Part shown: in pieces, positions 23,107 through 35,669 of the stretch
Position numbering within the stretch: the stretch's first letter is position 1
How the letters are laid out: each line of letters starts with the position of its first letter
Assembly: GCF_963921235.1 (NCBI RefSeq)
Contig: NC_086098.1
Location: 4,464,001 to 4,528,000 of the forward strand
Direction: 5' to 3'
From: Mobula hypostoma
Lineage: Eukaryota
Length of the DNA stretch: 64,000 bases
Position numbers and translations under genes: made by a program
The notes under the pieces: generated by a model
Databases searched by the model: none
What the model was told of the DNA's origin: nothing
The model's input: only the letters and a program-made list of their open reading frames with translations

Positions 23107-24813
23107 TAGTAATTTTATTTATTGCATTGTACTGCTGCCAGAGAGAAAAAATTTTTGTGACATATGTGAGTGATGATAAGCCTGATTCTGATATGGGTCT
23201 CTGTTGTGGTAAGGGAACAGGGGGAAGGGATTTATGGTTGGGAAAAGAGAAAGGGAGAGGGGAGAGAGCTGGAAGCACCAGAGAGACAGTCTCTCATGAT
23301 CAATAAATTGACTGGAGTCAAATGTCCTTGACTGGTGTCTGAGGGCTGGGTGTGTCTGCACCCGTGCCTAAGACTTTAGTACAAGAGTCGGAAACGAGGG
23401 GTGTCCTTTTAGAACGGAGATGAAGAGGAATTCCTTTAGCCAGGGAATGGTGAATCTGTGGAATTCTTTACCACAGGCGGCTATGGAGGCCAAGTCATTG
23501 GGTATGTTTAAGGTAGAGGTTGATAGATTCTTGATTAGTCAGGGCATGAAAGGATACAGGGAGAAGATAGCGGATTGGGGCTGAGAGGGAAAATGGATGA
23601 AATGGGAGAGCAGTCTCAATGGGCCAAATGGCCTAATTCTGCTCCTATATATCTTATGAAAATGACCTGTGAAATCGCCAGATTCAGTTGGTGTGATACT
23701 TGTAGGGAAACTAAGAAGCCCCCAGAAGTTTCTGGGATTGCACAAACAAAGAATTTATAGGTACAGTATTGCAAACATGAGAAAATCAGCAAATGCTGGA
23801 AATCTAAAGCAACGCACACAAATGCTGGAGGAACTCAGCAGGTCAGGCAGCATCTATGGAGAGGAATAAACAGTCAACATCACAGGCCGAAAGGAAGGGT
23901 CTCAGCCTGAAATGTTGACTCTTTACTCAGCAGTTACCGAGCAGGATGACGAAGAGAAACCAAAACTGGATTCGATAGTGTCTGTGTTTTGTTAAATGGC
24001 AACCCAACTGAAATGTTTAAGGGGGATTTCTTCACTCAGAGGATGGTGAGAGTGTAAAATGAGCTGCCAACCCAAGTTGTAGATCTGAGCTCGACTTCAA
24101 TATCTAAGAGCAGTTTGGATAGGTACATGAATGGGACCAGGCACAGTAAGAGTTCAGCACGGACTAGACGGGCTGAAGGGCCTGTTTCTGTGCTCTAGTG
24201 TTTATGACTCTAAGCAATTTCTTAACCTCTTTGCACTTCCAATGGCTTGGGCATAGAGAATCTGATTTTACAAACCTCATTTATTTTCCTGTCAAAATTT
24301 AACCCATCCCCTGATATAATTCATCAGTATTATATTTCATTTCGTTAGCATGTTCATTTTTGCCACAAGTTTGCACATTCCTCACTGGGACGGCACAGTA
24401 GCATGGGCGTTTAGCACAACGTTACTACAGTACCCGACCTGGGTTCCATTCCGGCTGCTGCCTGTCAGGAGTTTGTATGTTCTCCTTGTGACTACATGGG
24501 TGTCCTCCCACATTCCAGAGATGCATGGGTTAATTGGTCACATGGGTGTAATTGAGTGGCACAGGCTCCTTGGACCGGAAGGGCCTGTTAACGTGTTGTA
24601 CCTCAAGTTCAAGGTTATTGTCATTCAAAGCTGCACATGCATACCACCAAATGAAACAACGATCCTCTGAATCAAGGTGCAAAACAGTGTACCCGTAACT
24701 CAGACACTAGACATGAAATAATATTACCACAAATAATAAAATATGTTCCAGAAGATTGACATTTAGCATAAGGTACATTTATGACACAAGTTAAAAAGTA
24801 AACAGTATAACTC

Positions 24814-25587
24814 ACTCACAACACGCTGGAGGAACTCAGCAGGTTGGGCAGCATCCGTGGAAAAGATCGGTCGACGTTTCGGGCCGGAACCCTTCGTCAG
24901 GACTGTAGGGGGAAGGGGCAGAGGCCCTATAAAGAAGGTGGGGGAGGATGGGAAGGAGAAGGCTGGTAGGTTCCAGGTGAAAAACCAGTAAGGGGAAAGA
25001 TAAAGGGGTGGGGGAGGGGAAGCAGGGAGGTGATAGGCAGGAAAGGTGAAGAAGGAATAGGGGAAAGCACAATGGGTAGTAGAAGGAGGCGGAACCATGA
25101 GGGAGGTGATAGGCAGCTGGGGGAGGGGGCAGAGTGACATAAGGATAGGGGAAAGGAGGGGAGGGAATTACTGGAAGTTGGAGAATTCGATGTTCATACC
25201 AAGGGGCTGGAGACTACCTAGATGGTATATGAGGTGTTGCTCCTCCAACCCGAGTTTAGCCTCATCATGGCAGTAGAGGAGGCCATGTATGGACATATCT
25301 GAATGGGAGTGGGAAGCAGAGTTGAAGTGGGTGGCAACCAGGAGATCCTGTCTATTTTGGCAGACGGAGCGGAGGTGCTCGACGAAGCGGTCCCCTAATC
25401 TGCATCGGGTCTCACCGATGTAGAGGAGGCCGCACCGGGAGCACCGGATGCAATAGACTCACAAGTGAAGTGTTGCCTCACCTGGAAGTACTGTTTGGGG
25501 CCCTGAATGGTGGCAAGAGAGGAAGTGTAGGGACAGGTGTAGCACTTACGCTTACAGGGATAAGTGCCGGGTGGGAGATCCGTGGGG
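24814..25587 (-). mobile_element. 5'-truncated Penelope-like element (second subfamily)
   Basis: GIY-YIG remnant and terminal repeat with an intact hammerhead (reverse complement of 24868-24905). 10-bp TSD agtataactc at 24804-24813 and 25588-25597. Confidence 0.9.
24868..24905 (-). ncRNA. Minimal type I hammerhead ribozyme motif (PLE type)
   Basis: Minus strand reads cagtc-CTGACGA-aGGGttccggCCC-GAA-ACGT-C|gaccg. Confidence 0.75.
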
Positions 25588-25830
25588 AGTATAACTCTGC
25601 TGGTGTTTTATATGTGATGGGACCTGGGTGGTGGCAGGGTGTTCAGTTGTCTCATAACCTGGGGGAAGAAGCTGTTTCCCATCCCAATTGTTCTTGTCCT
25701 AATACTACAGTACCTCCTGCCTGATGATGGGGGGCGGGGGTCAAAGAGATAGCTGGATGGATGGGAGAGATCATTGTCAATGCCAAGGGCCCTGCATATG
25801 AAGTGCTCCTGTAATTACCTCATATAGGTG

Positions 25831-26394
25831 TGTAACCCTTCGGCCAGCTTCACTAATCTAGGGGAAGGCAGCCCCCTGCCCGGCCAAACTTAGGAAATCT
25901 TGTTTGTGTAGGTGCTGCATGATGTGTTCCCCTGTTACAAACCAGTACCATGAAATAACAAACAGTACACAATTCGCAATTAAACGATTGAGCTTTATAA
26001 TTCTTAATTTGATGATACAGTTAATAAAGAAACTAAAAAGAAAAAGGGCCCATTCTCGTGAAACGGTCCAATGTGCAACATTGGAGTTCACTGTTTTCCC
26101 GTCTGTTTGTTCTCCATTGATTTCCCCCCCCCAACCCCAGGTGTCAACTTCCGACCCCATTCCAGGTCCGCATCGTCCTGCTGTCTACGACTTCCCCGTT
26201 CTGGCATCTTTTCTCTCCATCTTCCATGGAACAAAAGACCGTAAAACCTTCCCTCAGGCACACTAGAAAGAAAACCATCTTCCCTCATTGGCTGGCGCGC
26301 ATCCCAAAGCCCCCGTTATCTCCGGTCATCACCCAAACACTGCACTACAGAGAAACCATTATGTTAGCAGGGAAACCTTTCCCATATCATTACA
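25831..26394. mobile_element. Probable solo LTR (~560 bp)
   Basis: TGTAA...TTACA terminal inverted ends, non-coding, CpG-richer than flanks. No TSD found; the right flank is occupied by a CR1 tail. Confidence 0.5.
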
Positions 26395-26399
26395 GTTAT

Positions 26400-29300
26400 A
26401 TAGACCAAAAGAAACAGGAGCAGAATTAGGCCATTCAGCCCATCGAGTCTGCTCCGCCATTCCATCATGGCTGATCCCGGATCCCAATCAACCCCATTCC
26501 ATCATATCCTTCAATGCCTTGACTGATCAGGAAACGAATCAGTTTTTGCCTTAAATATACACACAGACTTGGCCTCCAACGCAGACTGTGGCAGAGCATT
26601 CCACAGATTTATTACTGTCTGGCTGAAAAAGTTCCTCCTTACCTCCGTTTTAAAAGGTCGCCCCTCAATTTTTGAGGCTGTGCCCTGTAGTTCTGGATAC
26701 GCCCTCCATGGGAAGTATCCTGTCCATGTACACCCTAACTAGTCCTTTCGGCCTTCGGTGGGTTTCAGTGAGATACCCCTGAATTCTTCTAAATTCCAGT
26801 GAGTACAGGCCTAAAGCTGCTCAACACTCCTCATATGTTAACCCCTTCATTCCTGCAATCATTCTTGTGAACCTCTTCTGGACTCTCTCCAATGACAACA
26901 CATCCTTCCTGAGATATAAGGCCCAAAAGCATTGACAATACTCCAAGTGCAGCCTGACTAGTGTCTTATGAAGCCTCAGAGTTATCATCTGCTTTTATAT
27001 TCTATTCCCTTTGAAATAAATGCCAACATTGCATTTGCCTTCTTTACCACAGACTCAACCTGTAAATTAACTTTCTGGGAGTCTTGCATGAGAACGCTTA
27101 AGTCCCTCTGATGTTTGGATTTTCTGCCCATTTAGATAATAGTCCACACTATTGTTCTTTCTACCAAAATGCATTATCATACATTTCCCAACACTGTATT
27201 CCATCAGCTACATTTTTGCCCATTCTTCTAATTTGTCTAAATCCTGCTGCAATCACATTGCTTCCTCAGCACTACCTACCCCTCCACCTGTTTTTGTATC
27301 ATCCACAAACTTTGCCATAAAGTCATCAGTTCCATTATCTAAATATTGCCAAATAATGTGAAAAGCAGCGGTCCCGATACTGACCCCTGAGGAACTCCAT
27401 CGGTCAGTGGCAGCCAAGCAGAAAAGGCCTCTTTTATTCCCACTCACTGCCTCCTGCCTGTCAGCCATTCCTCTATCCATGCCAGTATCTTTCTTGTAAC
27501 ACCATCGGATTTTATCTTGTTAAGCAGTTTATCATGTGCGATACCTTATCAAAGGCCTTCTGAAAATCTAAGTGAATTTTGTTCACTGCCTCTCTTTTGT
27601 CCACCGTGCTTGTTACTTCCTCAAAGAACTGTATCTGTTTGACAGGCAAGATTGCCCTTTACAGAAACCATGCTGACTTTGACTTAAATTATCATTAGTC
27701 TCCAAGTTCCCCGAAACCTCATCCTTAATAATAGACTCCAACACTATTCGAACCACTGAGGTTAGGCTAACTGGCCTATAATTTCCTTCCTTTTGCCTTC
27801 CTCCCTTCTTAAAGAGTGGAGTGACATTTGCAATCTTCCAGTCCTCTGAAACCATGACAGAATCAAGTGATTTGAAAGATCATGACCAATGCATCCGTTA
27901 TCTCTGCAGCAATCTCTGTCAGGACTCTGGGAGGTAGTCTGTCTGGTCCAGACCTTAAGACTTTCGAGTTTGTCTAGCACTTTTTCCTTTGTAATAGCAA
28001 TGGCACTCACTCCTGCTCCCTGACACTCACGGACCTCTGGCACACAGCTAGTGTCTTCCACAATGAAGGCAGATGCAAAGTACCCATTAAGTTTGTCTGC
28101 CATTTCTTTGTCCCCCATTACTACCTCACCAGTATCGTTTTCCAATGGTCCAATACCAACTCTCACCTCCCTTTTACTCTTTATATAAATGAAAAAAAAC
28201 TTTTGGTATCCTGCTTTATATTATCGGCTAGTTTGCCCTCATATTTCATCTTTTCCCTTCTTCTAGCTTTTTTAGGTGCCTTTTATTGGATTTTAAAAGC
28301 TTCACAATCATCCAACTTCCCACTTACTTTTGCTATGTTATATGCCCTTTCCTTGACTTTTATGCAGTCCTGAACTTTCTTGACATCCACGATTGCCTAC
28401 CCCGCCATTTGAGAACAACTTCATCTCTAGAACATCTTTAACCTGAGTCTTGTGAGCTCTTACCAGAAACTTCAGCCATCTCTGCTCTGTTGCCATCCCC
28501 ACCAGTATCCTCCTCCAATCCACCTGGGCTAACTCCTCTCTCATGCCTCTGTAATTCCCTTTATTCCATTGTGATATCGATACATGCGATTTATGCTTCT
28601 CCTTCTCAAGTTGCAGTATGAATTCAATCATATTCTGATCACAGCCTTCTAAGGGTTCCTTTACATTAAGCTCCCTAATAAGATCCGGGTTATTACACAA
28701 CACCTAACCTAAGATAGCCTTTCCCTGAGTAGGCTCAAGCACAAGCTACTATTTTAAAAAAAGCCACCTCGTAGGCATTCAACAAATTCCGTCTCTTGCG
28801 ATCCGACACCAATCTGATTTTTCCAATCTCCTTACATATTGAAGTCCCCCAATACAATTGTGTCATTATCCTCATTACGGGTCTTTTCCAGCTCCCTTTG
28901 CAATCTCAACTCCACATCTTAGCTTCTATTTGGAGGTCTGTATATGATTCCCATAATGTTTATTTTTAACCCTTATGGTTCCTTAACTCTACCCACAAAG
29001 ATTTAGAATTCTCTGACCCATTGTCACCTCTTCCTAAAAATGTAGTTCCATCTCTTACTAACAAAGCCACACCACCGCCTATGCCTTCCTGCCTGTCCTT
29101 CCAGTACAAAGTGCATCCTTTGATGTTAAGTTCCCAACAATGTCCTTCTTTCAGCCATGACCCAGTGATGCCCACAACATCCTACCGACCAATCTCTAAT
29201 TGCACCACGAGTTCGTCCACCTTATTTCAAATGCTACGTGCATTTAAATACAGCACCTTCAGTCCGGCATTCTTCGCCCTTTTGAATTTTGCCTCTGTGC

Positions 29301-29460
29301 CACAGTTTAACTCTTTGCTCTGTCTGCATTTCTACCCAATCATTGGCTTGTCCTTCCTTACATTCATGTTACACCCATCATCTACCTGTAAACCTGCTGG
29401 CTCATCCTCAGCTCTGTCATACTGGTTCCCGTCCCCTGTCATATTAATTTAAACCCCTCC
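26400..29460 (-). mobile_element. Degraded CR1 LINE spanning nearly all of ORF2
   Basis: Fragments 28966..29175, 28338..28703, 27762..28166, 27613..27855 (NYRPVSLTS) and 27253..27480 (KFVDDTK). Same family as 2510-4130. Confidence 0.92.
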
Positions 29461-29532
29461 CAGAGGGATCATTGACTATTGATCAATACTCTCTGAAAAC
29501 AATAACTAAAAACAATCTATTACCGTCCTTCT

Positions 29533-31420
29533 ATCACCCCTTGTTCAATCCCTTCCGACCTATGTTCGTGACACTTCTCACGCTCTTAATCTTTTCGATG
29601 ATTTTAAGTTCCCTGGCCCCCACCGCTTTATTTTCACCATGGATGTCCAGTCCTTATATACTTCCATCCCCCATCAGGAAGGTCTCAAAGCTCTACGCTT
29701 CTTTTTGGATTCCAGACCTAATCAGTTCCCCTCTACCACCACTCTGCTCCGTCTAGCGGAATTAGTCCTTACTCTTAATAATTTCTCCTTTTGCTCCTCC
29801 CATTTCCTCCAAACTAAAGGTGTAGCTATGGGCACCCGTATGGGTCCTAGCTATGCCTGCCTTTTTGTTGGGTTTGTGGAACAATCTATGTTCCGTGCCT
29901 ATTCTGGTATCTGTCCCCCACTTTTCCTTCGCTGCATCGACGACTGCATTGGCGCTGCTTCCTGCACGCATGCAGAACTCGTTGACTTTATTAACTTTGC
30001 CTCCAACTTTCACCCTGCCCTCAAGTTTACCTGGTCCATTTCCGACACCTCCCTCCCCTTTCTAGATCTTTCTGTCTCTGTCTCTGGAGACAGCTTATCC
30101 ACTGATGTCTACTATAAGCCTACTGACTCTCACAGCTATCTGGACTATTCCTCTTCTCACCCTGTCTCTTGCAAAAACGCCATCCCCTTCTCGCAATTCC
30201 TCCGTCTCCGCTGCATCTGCTCTCAGGATGAGGCTTTTCATTCTAGGACGAGGGAGATGTCTTCATTTTTTAAAGAAAGGGGCTTCCCTTCCTCCACTAT
30301 CAACTCTGCTCTTAAACGCATCTCCCCCATTTCACGTACATCTGCTCTCACTCCATCCTCCCACCACCCCACTAGGAATAGGGTTCCCCTGGTCCTCACC
30401 TACCACCCCACCAGCCTCCGGGTCCAACATATTATTCTCCGTAACTTCCGCCACCTCCAACGGGATCCCACCACTAAGCACATCTTTCCCTCCCCACCTC
30501 TCTCTGCATTCCACAGGGATCGCTCCCTACACAACTCCCTTGTCCATTCGTCCCCCCCATCCCTCCCCACTGATCTCCCTCCTGGCACTTATCCGTGTAA
30601 GCGGAACAAGTGCTACACATGCCCTTACACTTCCTCCCTTACCACCATTCAGGGCCCCAAACAGTCCTTCCAGGTGAGGCATCACTTCACCTGTGAGTCG
30701 ACTGGGGTGATATACTGCGTCCGGTGCTCCCGATGTGGCCTTTTATATATTGGTGAGACCCGACGCAGACTGGGAGACCGCTTTGCTGAACATCTACGCT
30801 CTGTCCGCCAGAGAAAGCAGGATCTCCCAGTGGCCACACATTTTAATTCCACATCCCATTCCCATTCTGACATGTCTATCCACGGCCTCCTCTACTGTAA
30901 AGATGAAGCCACACTCAGGTTGGAGGAACAACACCTTATATTCCGTCTGGGTAGCCTCCAACCTGATGGCATGAACATTGACTTCTCTAACTTCCGCTAG
31001 GCCCCACCTCCCCCTCGTAACTCATTTTTATGCACACATTCTTTCTCTCACTCTCCTTTTTCTCCCTCTGTCCCTCTGAATATACCTCTTGCCCATCCTC
31101 TGGGTCACCCCCCCCCGTCTTTCTTCCCGGACCTCCTGTCCCATGATCCTCTCGTATCCCCTTTTGCCTATCACCTGTCCAGCTCTCGGCTCTATCCCTC
31201 CCCCTCCTGTCTTCTCCTATCATTTTGCATCTCCCCCTTCCCCTCCAGCTTTCAAATCTCTTACTCACTCTTCCTTCAGTTAGTCCTGACGAAGGGTCTT
31301 GGCCTGAAATGTCGACTGCACCTCTTCCTATAGATGCTGCTTGGCCTGCTGCGTTCACCAGCAACTTTGATGTGTGTTGCTTGAATTTCCAGCATCTGCA
31401 GAATTCCTGTTGTTTGCGTT
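29533..31420 (+). mobile_element. Young 5'-truncated Penelope-like element
   Basis: Open RT-GIY-YIG frame, pyrimidine tract and terminal repeat with hammerhead (31283-31318). Perfect 15-bp TSD tattaccgtccttct at 29518-29532 and 31421-31435. Confidence 0.95.
29639..31000 (+). CDS. PLE polyprotein fragment: RT (C-terminal part) + GIY-YIG endonuclease
   Basis: DVQSLYTSIP, GVAMGT, RCIDD (YIDD in the 48674 copy), FLDL, YKPTD, VIYCVRCSRCGLLYIGET...RFAEH...VATHF, GMN. Confidence 0.92.
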   Translation: MDVQSLYTSIPHQEGLKALRFFLDSRPNQFPSTTTLLRLAELVLTLNNFSFCSSHFLQTKGVAMGTRMGPSYACLFVGFVEQSMFRAYSGICPPLFLRCIDDCIGAASCTHAELVDFINFASNFHPALKFTWSISDTSLPFLDLSVSVSGDSLSTDVYYKPTDSHSYLDYSSSHPVSCKNAIPFSQFLRLRCICSQDEAFHSRTREMSSFFKERGFPSSTINSALKRISPISRTSALTPSSHHPTRNRVPLVLTYHPTSLRVQHIILRNFRHLQRDPTTKHIFPSPPLSAFHRDRSLHNSLVHSSPPSLPTDLPPGTYPCKRNKCYTCPYTSSLTTIQGPKQSFQVRHHFTCESTGVIYCVRCSRCGLLYIGETRRRLGDRFAEHLRSVRQRKQDLPVATHFNSTSHSHSDMSIHGLLYCKDEATLRLEEQHLIFRLGSLQPDGMNIDFSNFR

Positions 31421-32436
31421 TATTACCGTCCTTCTTCCATTTCACATTGTTCCATGTTTTCACTACTATCTGTGGTTATTTTTGTATTTTAATTTACAAG
31501 TAGTCTCACATTTGCCCTCTAGGGGTTTTGAACTGGCTTTACTGTGATTCACTGCCCTGTATTGTAGGCCTCTTGTATTTAAGCAAATGAAATTACTTTT
31601 TAAAAATAAATTATACTTTGGATGCTCAAAATGAAAAGCTCCCTCTCTTCTAATGCACTATTTGCTCATTTAAGCCTTTCTTGCTAACAATATGGTGACA
31701 CATTCTGTTATTGATCGCTGATTTTTGCCTCACTACAAAAATAGCATCATTCCTTTTCCAGCTGTTATTAGCTGTTATTTTGTGTTCAGTTTACTGGTCA
31801 GTGGTGATGTCCTGTCTTCCAATTTTCCCATTTGCTGGTCCCACAGCTAAATCTTGAGCTCATTTGGCTGGTCCATTTAAGTGCTAAACACCTTTTCCAC
31901 CAGTCTTGTCTACTTGTGACGTCGCTTTCAATAAACTAGGCACTTGTACTCCTAAGTTCCTGTGTTTCAATCCATTTCCCAGTGCCCTACCATTCATCAC
32001 ATAATCCTACCTTGGTATGACTTTCCAGAATGCATCACCTCACACTTGCATTGAAATCCATTTGCCACGCCTCAGCCCACTTCCCTAACTCATCAAGACC
32101 CCCCTGTCTATTTACTTAGAGACACAGGGCAGACAGAGCCAGTCTTTCTGGCTCAATGAACCACACGGCCCAGCACTATTTAACACCAGCCTCATCACAG
32201 GCAACTTACTGTGACAAATTAACCTACTAACCGGTATGTCTTTGGATTGTGGGAGGAAATCCATGCAGTCACGGGGAAAACATACAAACTCCTTACAGAG
32301 CATGCCAGAATTGAACTCTGAGCAAATCTCTCCTCCCTGATAACATCCAGATTTCCAAAGCATATCCACGAGGCACCATGGTAGCATAGTGGAGATGTTT
32401 TGGAGATCTGAATGATATCCTAACATTGTCCGAACT

Positions 32437-32660
32437 CCACATGTAGAACTGACCATCTCAGACTATTAAACCACATGTACAACTGACCATCTCAGACTAT
32501 TTAACCACATGTAGAACTGACCATCTCAGAGTAGTTCACATGTACAACTGACCATCTCAGACTAGTTGACATGTAGAACTGACCATCTCAGACTATTTAA
32601 CCACATGTAGGATGACCCTGTCAGACTAGTTCACATGTACCACAGGCTATCTCAGACTAG
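32437..32660. repeat. Minisatellite, 31-34 bp unit (cacatgtagaactgaccatctcagactattta), about 7 copies
   Basis: Direct reading. Confidence 0.93.
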
Positions 32661-33477
32661 ATCAATCACTGTTTTCAAATCGAACATTGCAATGAGTGAT
32701 CAGTAAACCCCTTCTGGTCCGGGATTTGCAAGGCATCTGACCGTAAGAAAGGATTGTGATGACTGCTGAAGGATCATCAAGGTCGCTCTTCCACCTATCC
32801 AAGATATTTATCAGGAGCACTGCATACGCAGGGCCCGTAGCGTTGTCAGTGATCTCTCCCATCTGTCCAACTATCTCGTTGATCCCCTGCTGTCAGGGAG
32901 GAGGTACGGTAGTATTTGGACAAAGACCATTAGGAAGGCAAACAGCTTCTTTGCCCCAAGGCCATGAGAATCCTGAACCTCCTGCCACCACTCGGGTCTC
33001 ACCAAGTGTGAAGCACCACTGGCATTATGCTGTTTACTTTTCAACTCGTGTTGTAATTATTTGATGATTTATTTTTGGTAATATTACTTTATGTGTTATG
33101 CGTGTGAGTTATTTGGACTGTTGGTCCGGAGGAACTTGCGTTTTGTTTTGCTGTGTACGTGTATATGGTTGAATGACAATAAACTGGAACTTGAATTTGA
33201 ATATTGTTTGGTGATCTTAGTGGACAAATGCTTGTCAGGATGCTGGAGGTTATGGAGAATTTAATTTGTATCAATCTCACTTTCCTTGTCTTTCGCCATT
33301 TGCCATCTGCTCTGTTTCTAGTTGCTAAGTGATTGCGATTACACTTAGCTGCAATATTTGCTTCCTGTTTTGAAGGGAAGACAGCAGAGTTTGGATTTTG
33401 AGGGCTGCACTTGAGGAATTGTCTCTCTCGGCTCTGCACTCTATTATTGGCACTACGTTGTGAAATTTCTCTGAGGA

Positions 33478-33950
33478 TCGTCACCTTGGCATGGTGGAGA
33501 GGCTTGTGAGTTGCTCAGATCCCGAGAGCAATACTGATGATAGCGTGACGGTGAACGGCAAGGGTCCAGACAAACAGCGATCCAAACAAGATCTGCGTGG
33601 AGCTGGTGGAAGATGATGAGACATCAGAACAGCAGTGAAGGTGGACGAGGGGTCCCCAGTCACCTTGCATTCTATACCACTGGACCTTGACTCCGACCTG
33701 TCCAGGACTGTGTGGGGGCTGCCTCCCCGTGTTAGACAAAGTCACGCACAGGCGTTCACCAGCTACCCTAATATCCTGGATCGTGTCCCTTGGCGATCAG
33801 CAAATGGAGAAAGGGGCAGCATTGTGAGGTCTAGAAGCCCTTCAGAGATGTGGATCCCTAATTGGCCTGAGGAATGGACAACCCCTTAGGAGAACATCAT
33901 ACTCGACCTGAGTGATCGCACCACCACCACGACTGGGAAGTTAGAAATAT
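33478..33950 (+). mobile_element. Possible RTE/Expander-like 5' region, degraded
   Basis: Starts cgtcaccttggcatggtggagaggcttg...ccagacaaacagcgatcc, resembling RTE-clade 5' UTRs and the 14310 element. The right boundary is uncertain. Confidence 0.4.
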
Positions 33951-34544
33951 TTCTAAGCCTAGGTTATGAATCAGTCTGCTCAATTCACAGTTATTTATCA
34001 CGTACATTGAAATGTGTTGTTTTCATTAACAACCAACACACGTGAGGGTGCACTATAGGCAGCCTGCAAGTGCTGGCACACATTCCAGCACCAAGATAGC
34101 ATGCCCACAACACTCAGCAAAACAACACAGAACGCAGCAACAGAGAATACAACAAGCAACGAAACAACACCAGCAAAACAAACTCTGTTCCTCCCTTCCA
34201 TTCACCCACATACATAGTCTTCCTTGAACGTAGCAGATTGCGTGTGGCTTGATGTTGTCAAACAGATTGATTTAAATCTCCCTTGAAACCAAGCTTTTTT
34301 TATTTAATTAATTGACCAAAAGCTCCCAGCTAATCATTTAAAGTAATTAACAAACATTTAAATTACATCTGAAAATAAAAATTTCTGACTCCTGGTCCTG
34401 ACTGGAAGAATTAATTGGTCTCATAACCGTAGGATAGAAGGCGGATCTCAGGGTTGTGTGCTGCACACAGACTTTAATAATAAATGTACTTGGAATCTTT
34501 CAGACTTGAATCTTTGAGCCTCTGAATCTCATGAAGTATGTGTA

Positions 34545-35040
34545 GGCATTGAAAAGGGTTCAAAGAAGGTTCACAAGGTTAATCCCGACAATGAGAGTTA
34601 ATGTACAGGAGCTTTTGATGGTTCTGGGTCTGTATTCGCTGGAGTTTAGAAGAATAGAGGGGGATCTCACTGAAACCTGTCGAATATTGAAAGGCCTATA
34701 TAGAATGGATGTGGAGAGGATGTTCCCTATAGTGGGGGAGTCTAACAACCTCAGAATAGAGCGATGTTTCTTTAGAACAGCAGTGAGGAGGAATTGCTTT
34801 TGCCAGAGGGTGGTGAGTATGTGGAAATCATTGCCACAGACGGCTGTGGATGCCAAGTTCTTGGATATATTTAAAGTGGAGATTGACTGGTTCTTGATTA
34901 GTCAGGGTGTCAAAGGTTATGGGGAGAAGGCAGGAGCATGAGGTTGAGAGGGATAATAAGTCAGCCAAGATGGAATGGTGGAACAGACTCGATGGGCTGA
35001 ATGGTCTAATTCTGCTCTTATGTCTTGTGTCTTATGGTCT
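34545..35040 (+). mobile_element. CR1 3' end
   Basis: ORF 34549..34941 (RVQRRFTRLIP, LGLYSLEFRR, QRVV) plus CR1 3' UTR. Confidence 0.88.
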
Positions 35041-35052
35041 AATCTCCAGGTT

Positions 35053-35258
35053 AACACTCACAACAAGCTGGAGGAACTCAGCAGATCGGGCAGCATCTGT
35101 GGAAACGATGAATCGACGTTTTGGGCCGGAACCCTTCGTCAGGACCGACCTGAAACGTCGACTCATTGTTTCCACGGATGCTGCCCGACCTGCTGAGTTC
35201 CTCCAGCTTGTTGTGAGTGTTGCTTTGACCCCAGCATCTGCAGATTATTTTGTGTTTA
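35053..35258. mobile_element. 206-bp palindromic PLE-terminus element
   Basis: About 70-bp inverted arms (35053-35122 / 35152-35221). 14-bp TSD ctaatctccaggtt at 35039-35052 and 35259-35272. Confidence 0.9.
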
Positions 35259-35669
35259 CTAATCTCCAGGTTGTTAGCTGTATAAAACTGGATGAGGCAG
35301 CAAGATACGTAGACACACTGAATGCAGAACAACTAACACAATTTCAAAATTGAATAAGGTCAGTAGCATGTCTAGGGAATTAAAGTATTTAAGGTTGGTT
35401 TCAGTGAAATATTGTGTCTGGGATTATGTGGTGTGAGGAGGTAAGTAATTAGTTTTTGGGATACTAGAACTTTGTTTTCAATGTAGAGGCCAACATCTCT
35501 GCATGACAGCAGGCCCTGGTGTTTGAGACTGGAGCTTGTGGGGTTTAACAAAACGAAAGCCCTTCTCGGATAATTGCCTAGTGTGTAGAGGAACAGGCCG
35601 GTCAGCCCAGCCGATCCAAGCTGGTGTTTATTCTTCACAAGAACCCTTTCCATCACTTCTCACGATTAT

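Noticed and set aside
29639..31000. Domesticated RT or telomerase-like gene
   Set aside because: Multi-copy PLE, 5'-truncated, TSD-flanked, with the catalytic YIDD altered to CIDD.
32437..32660. CRISPR-like repeat appearance (also 60527-60845)
   Set aside because: Head-to-tail units without unique spacers, no cas genes, vertebrate context.
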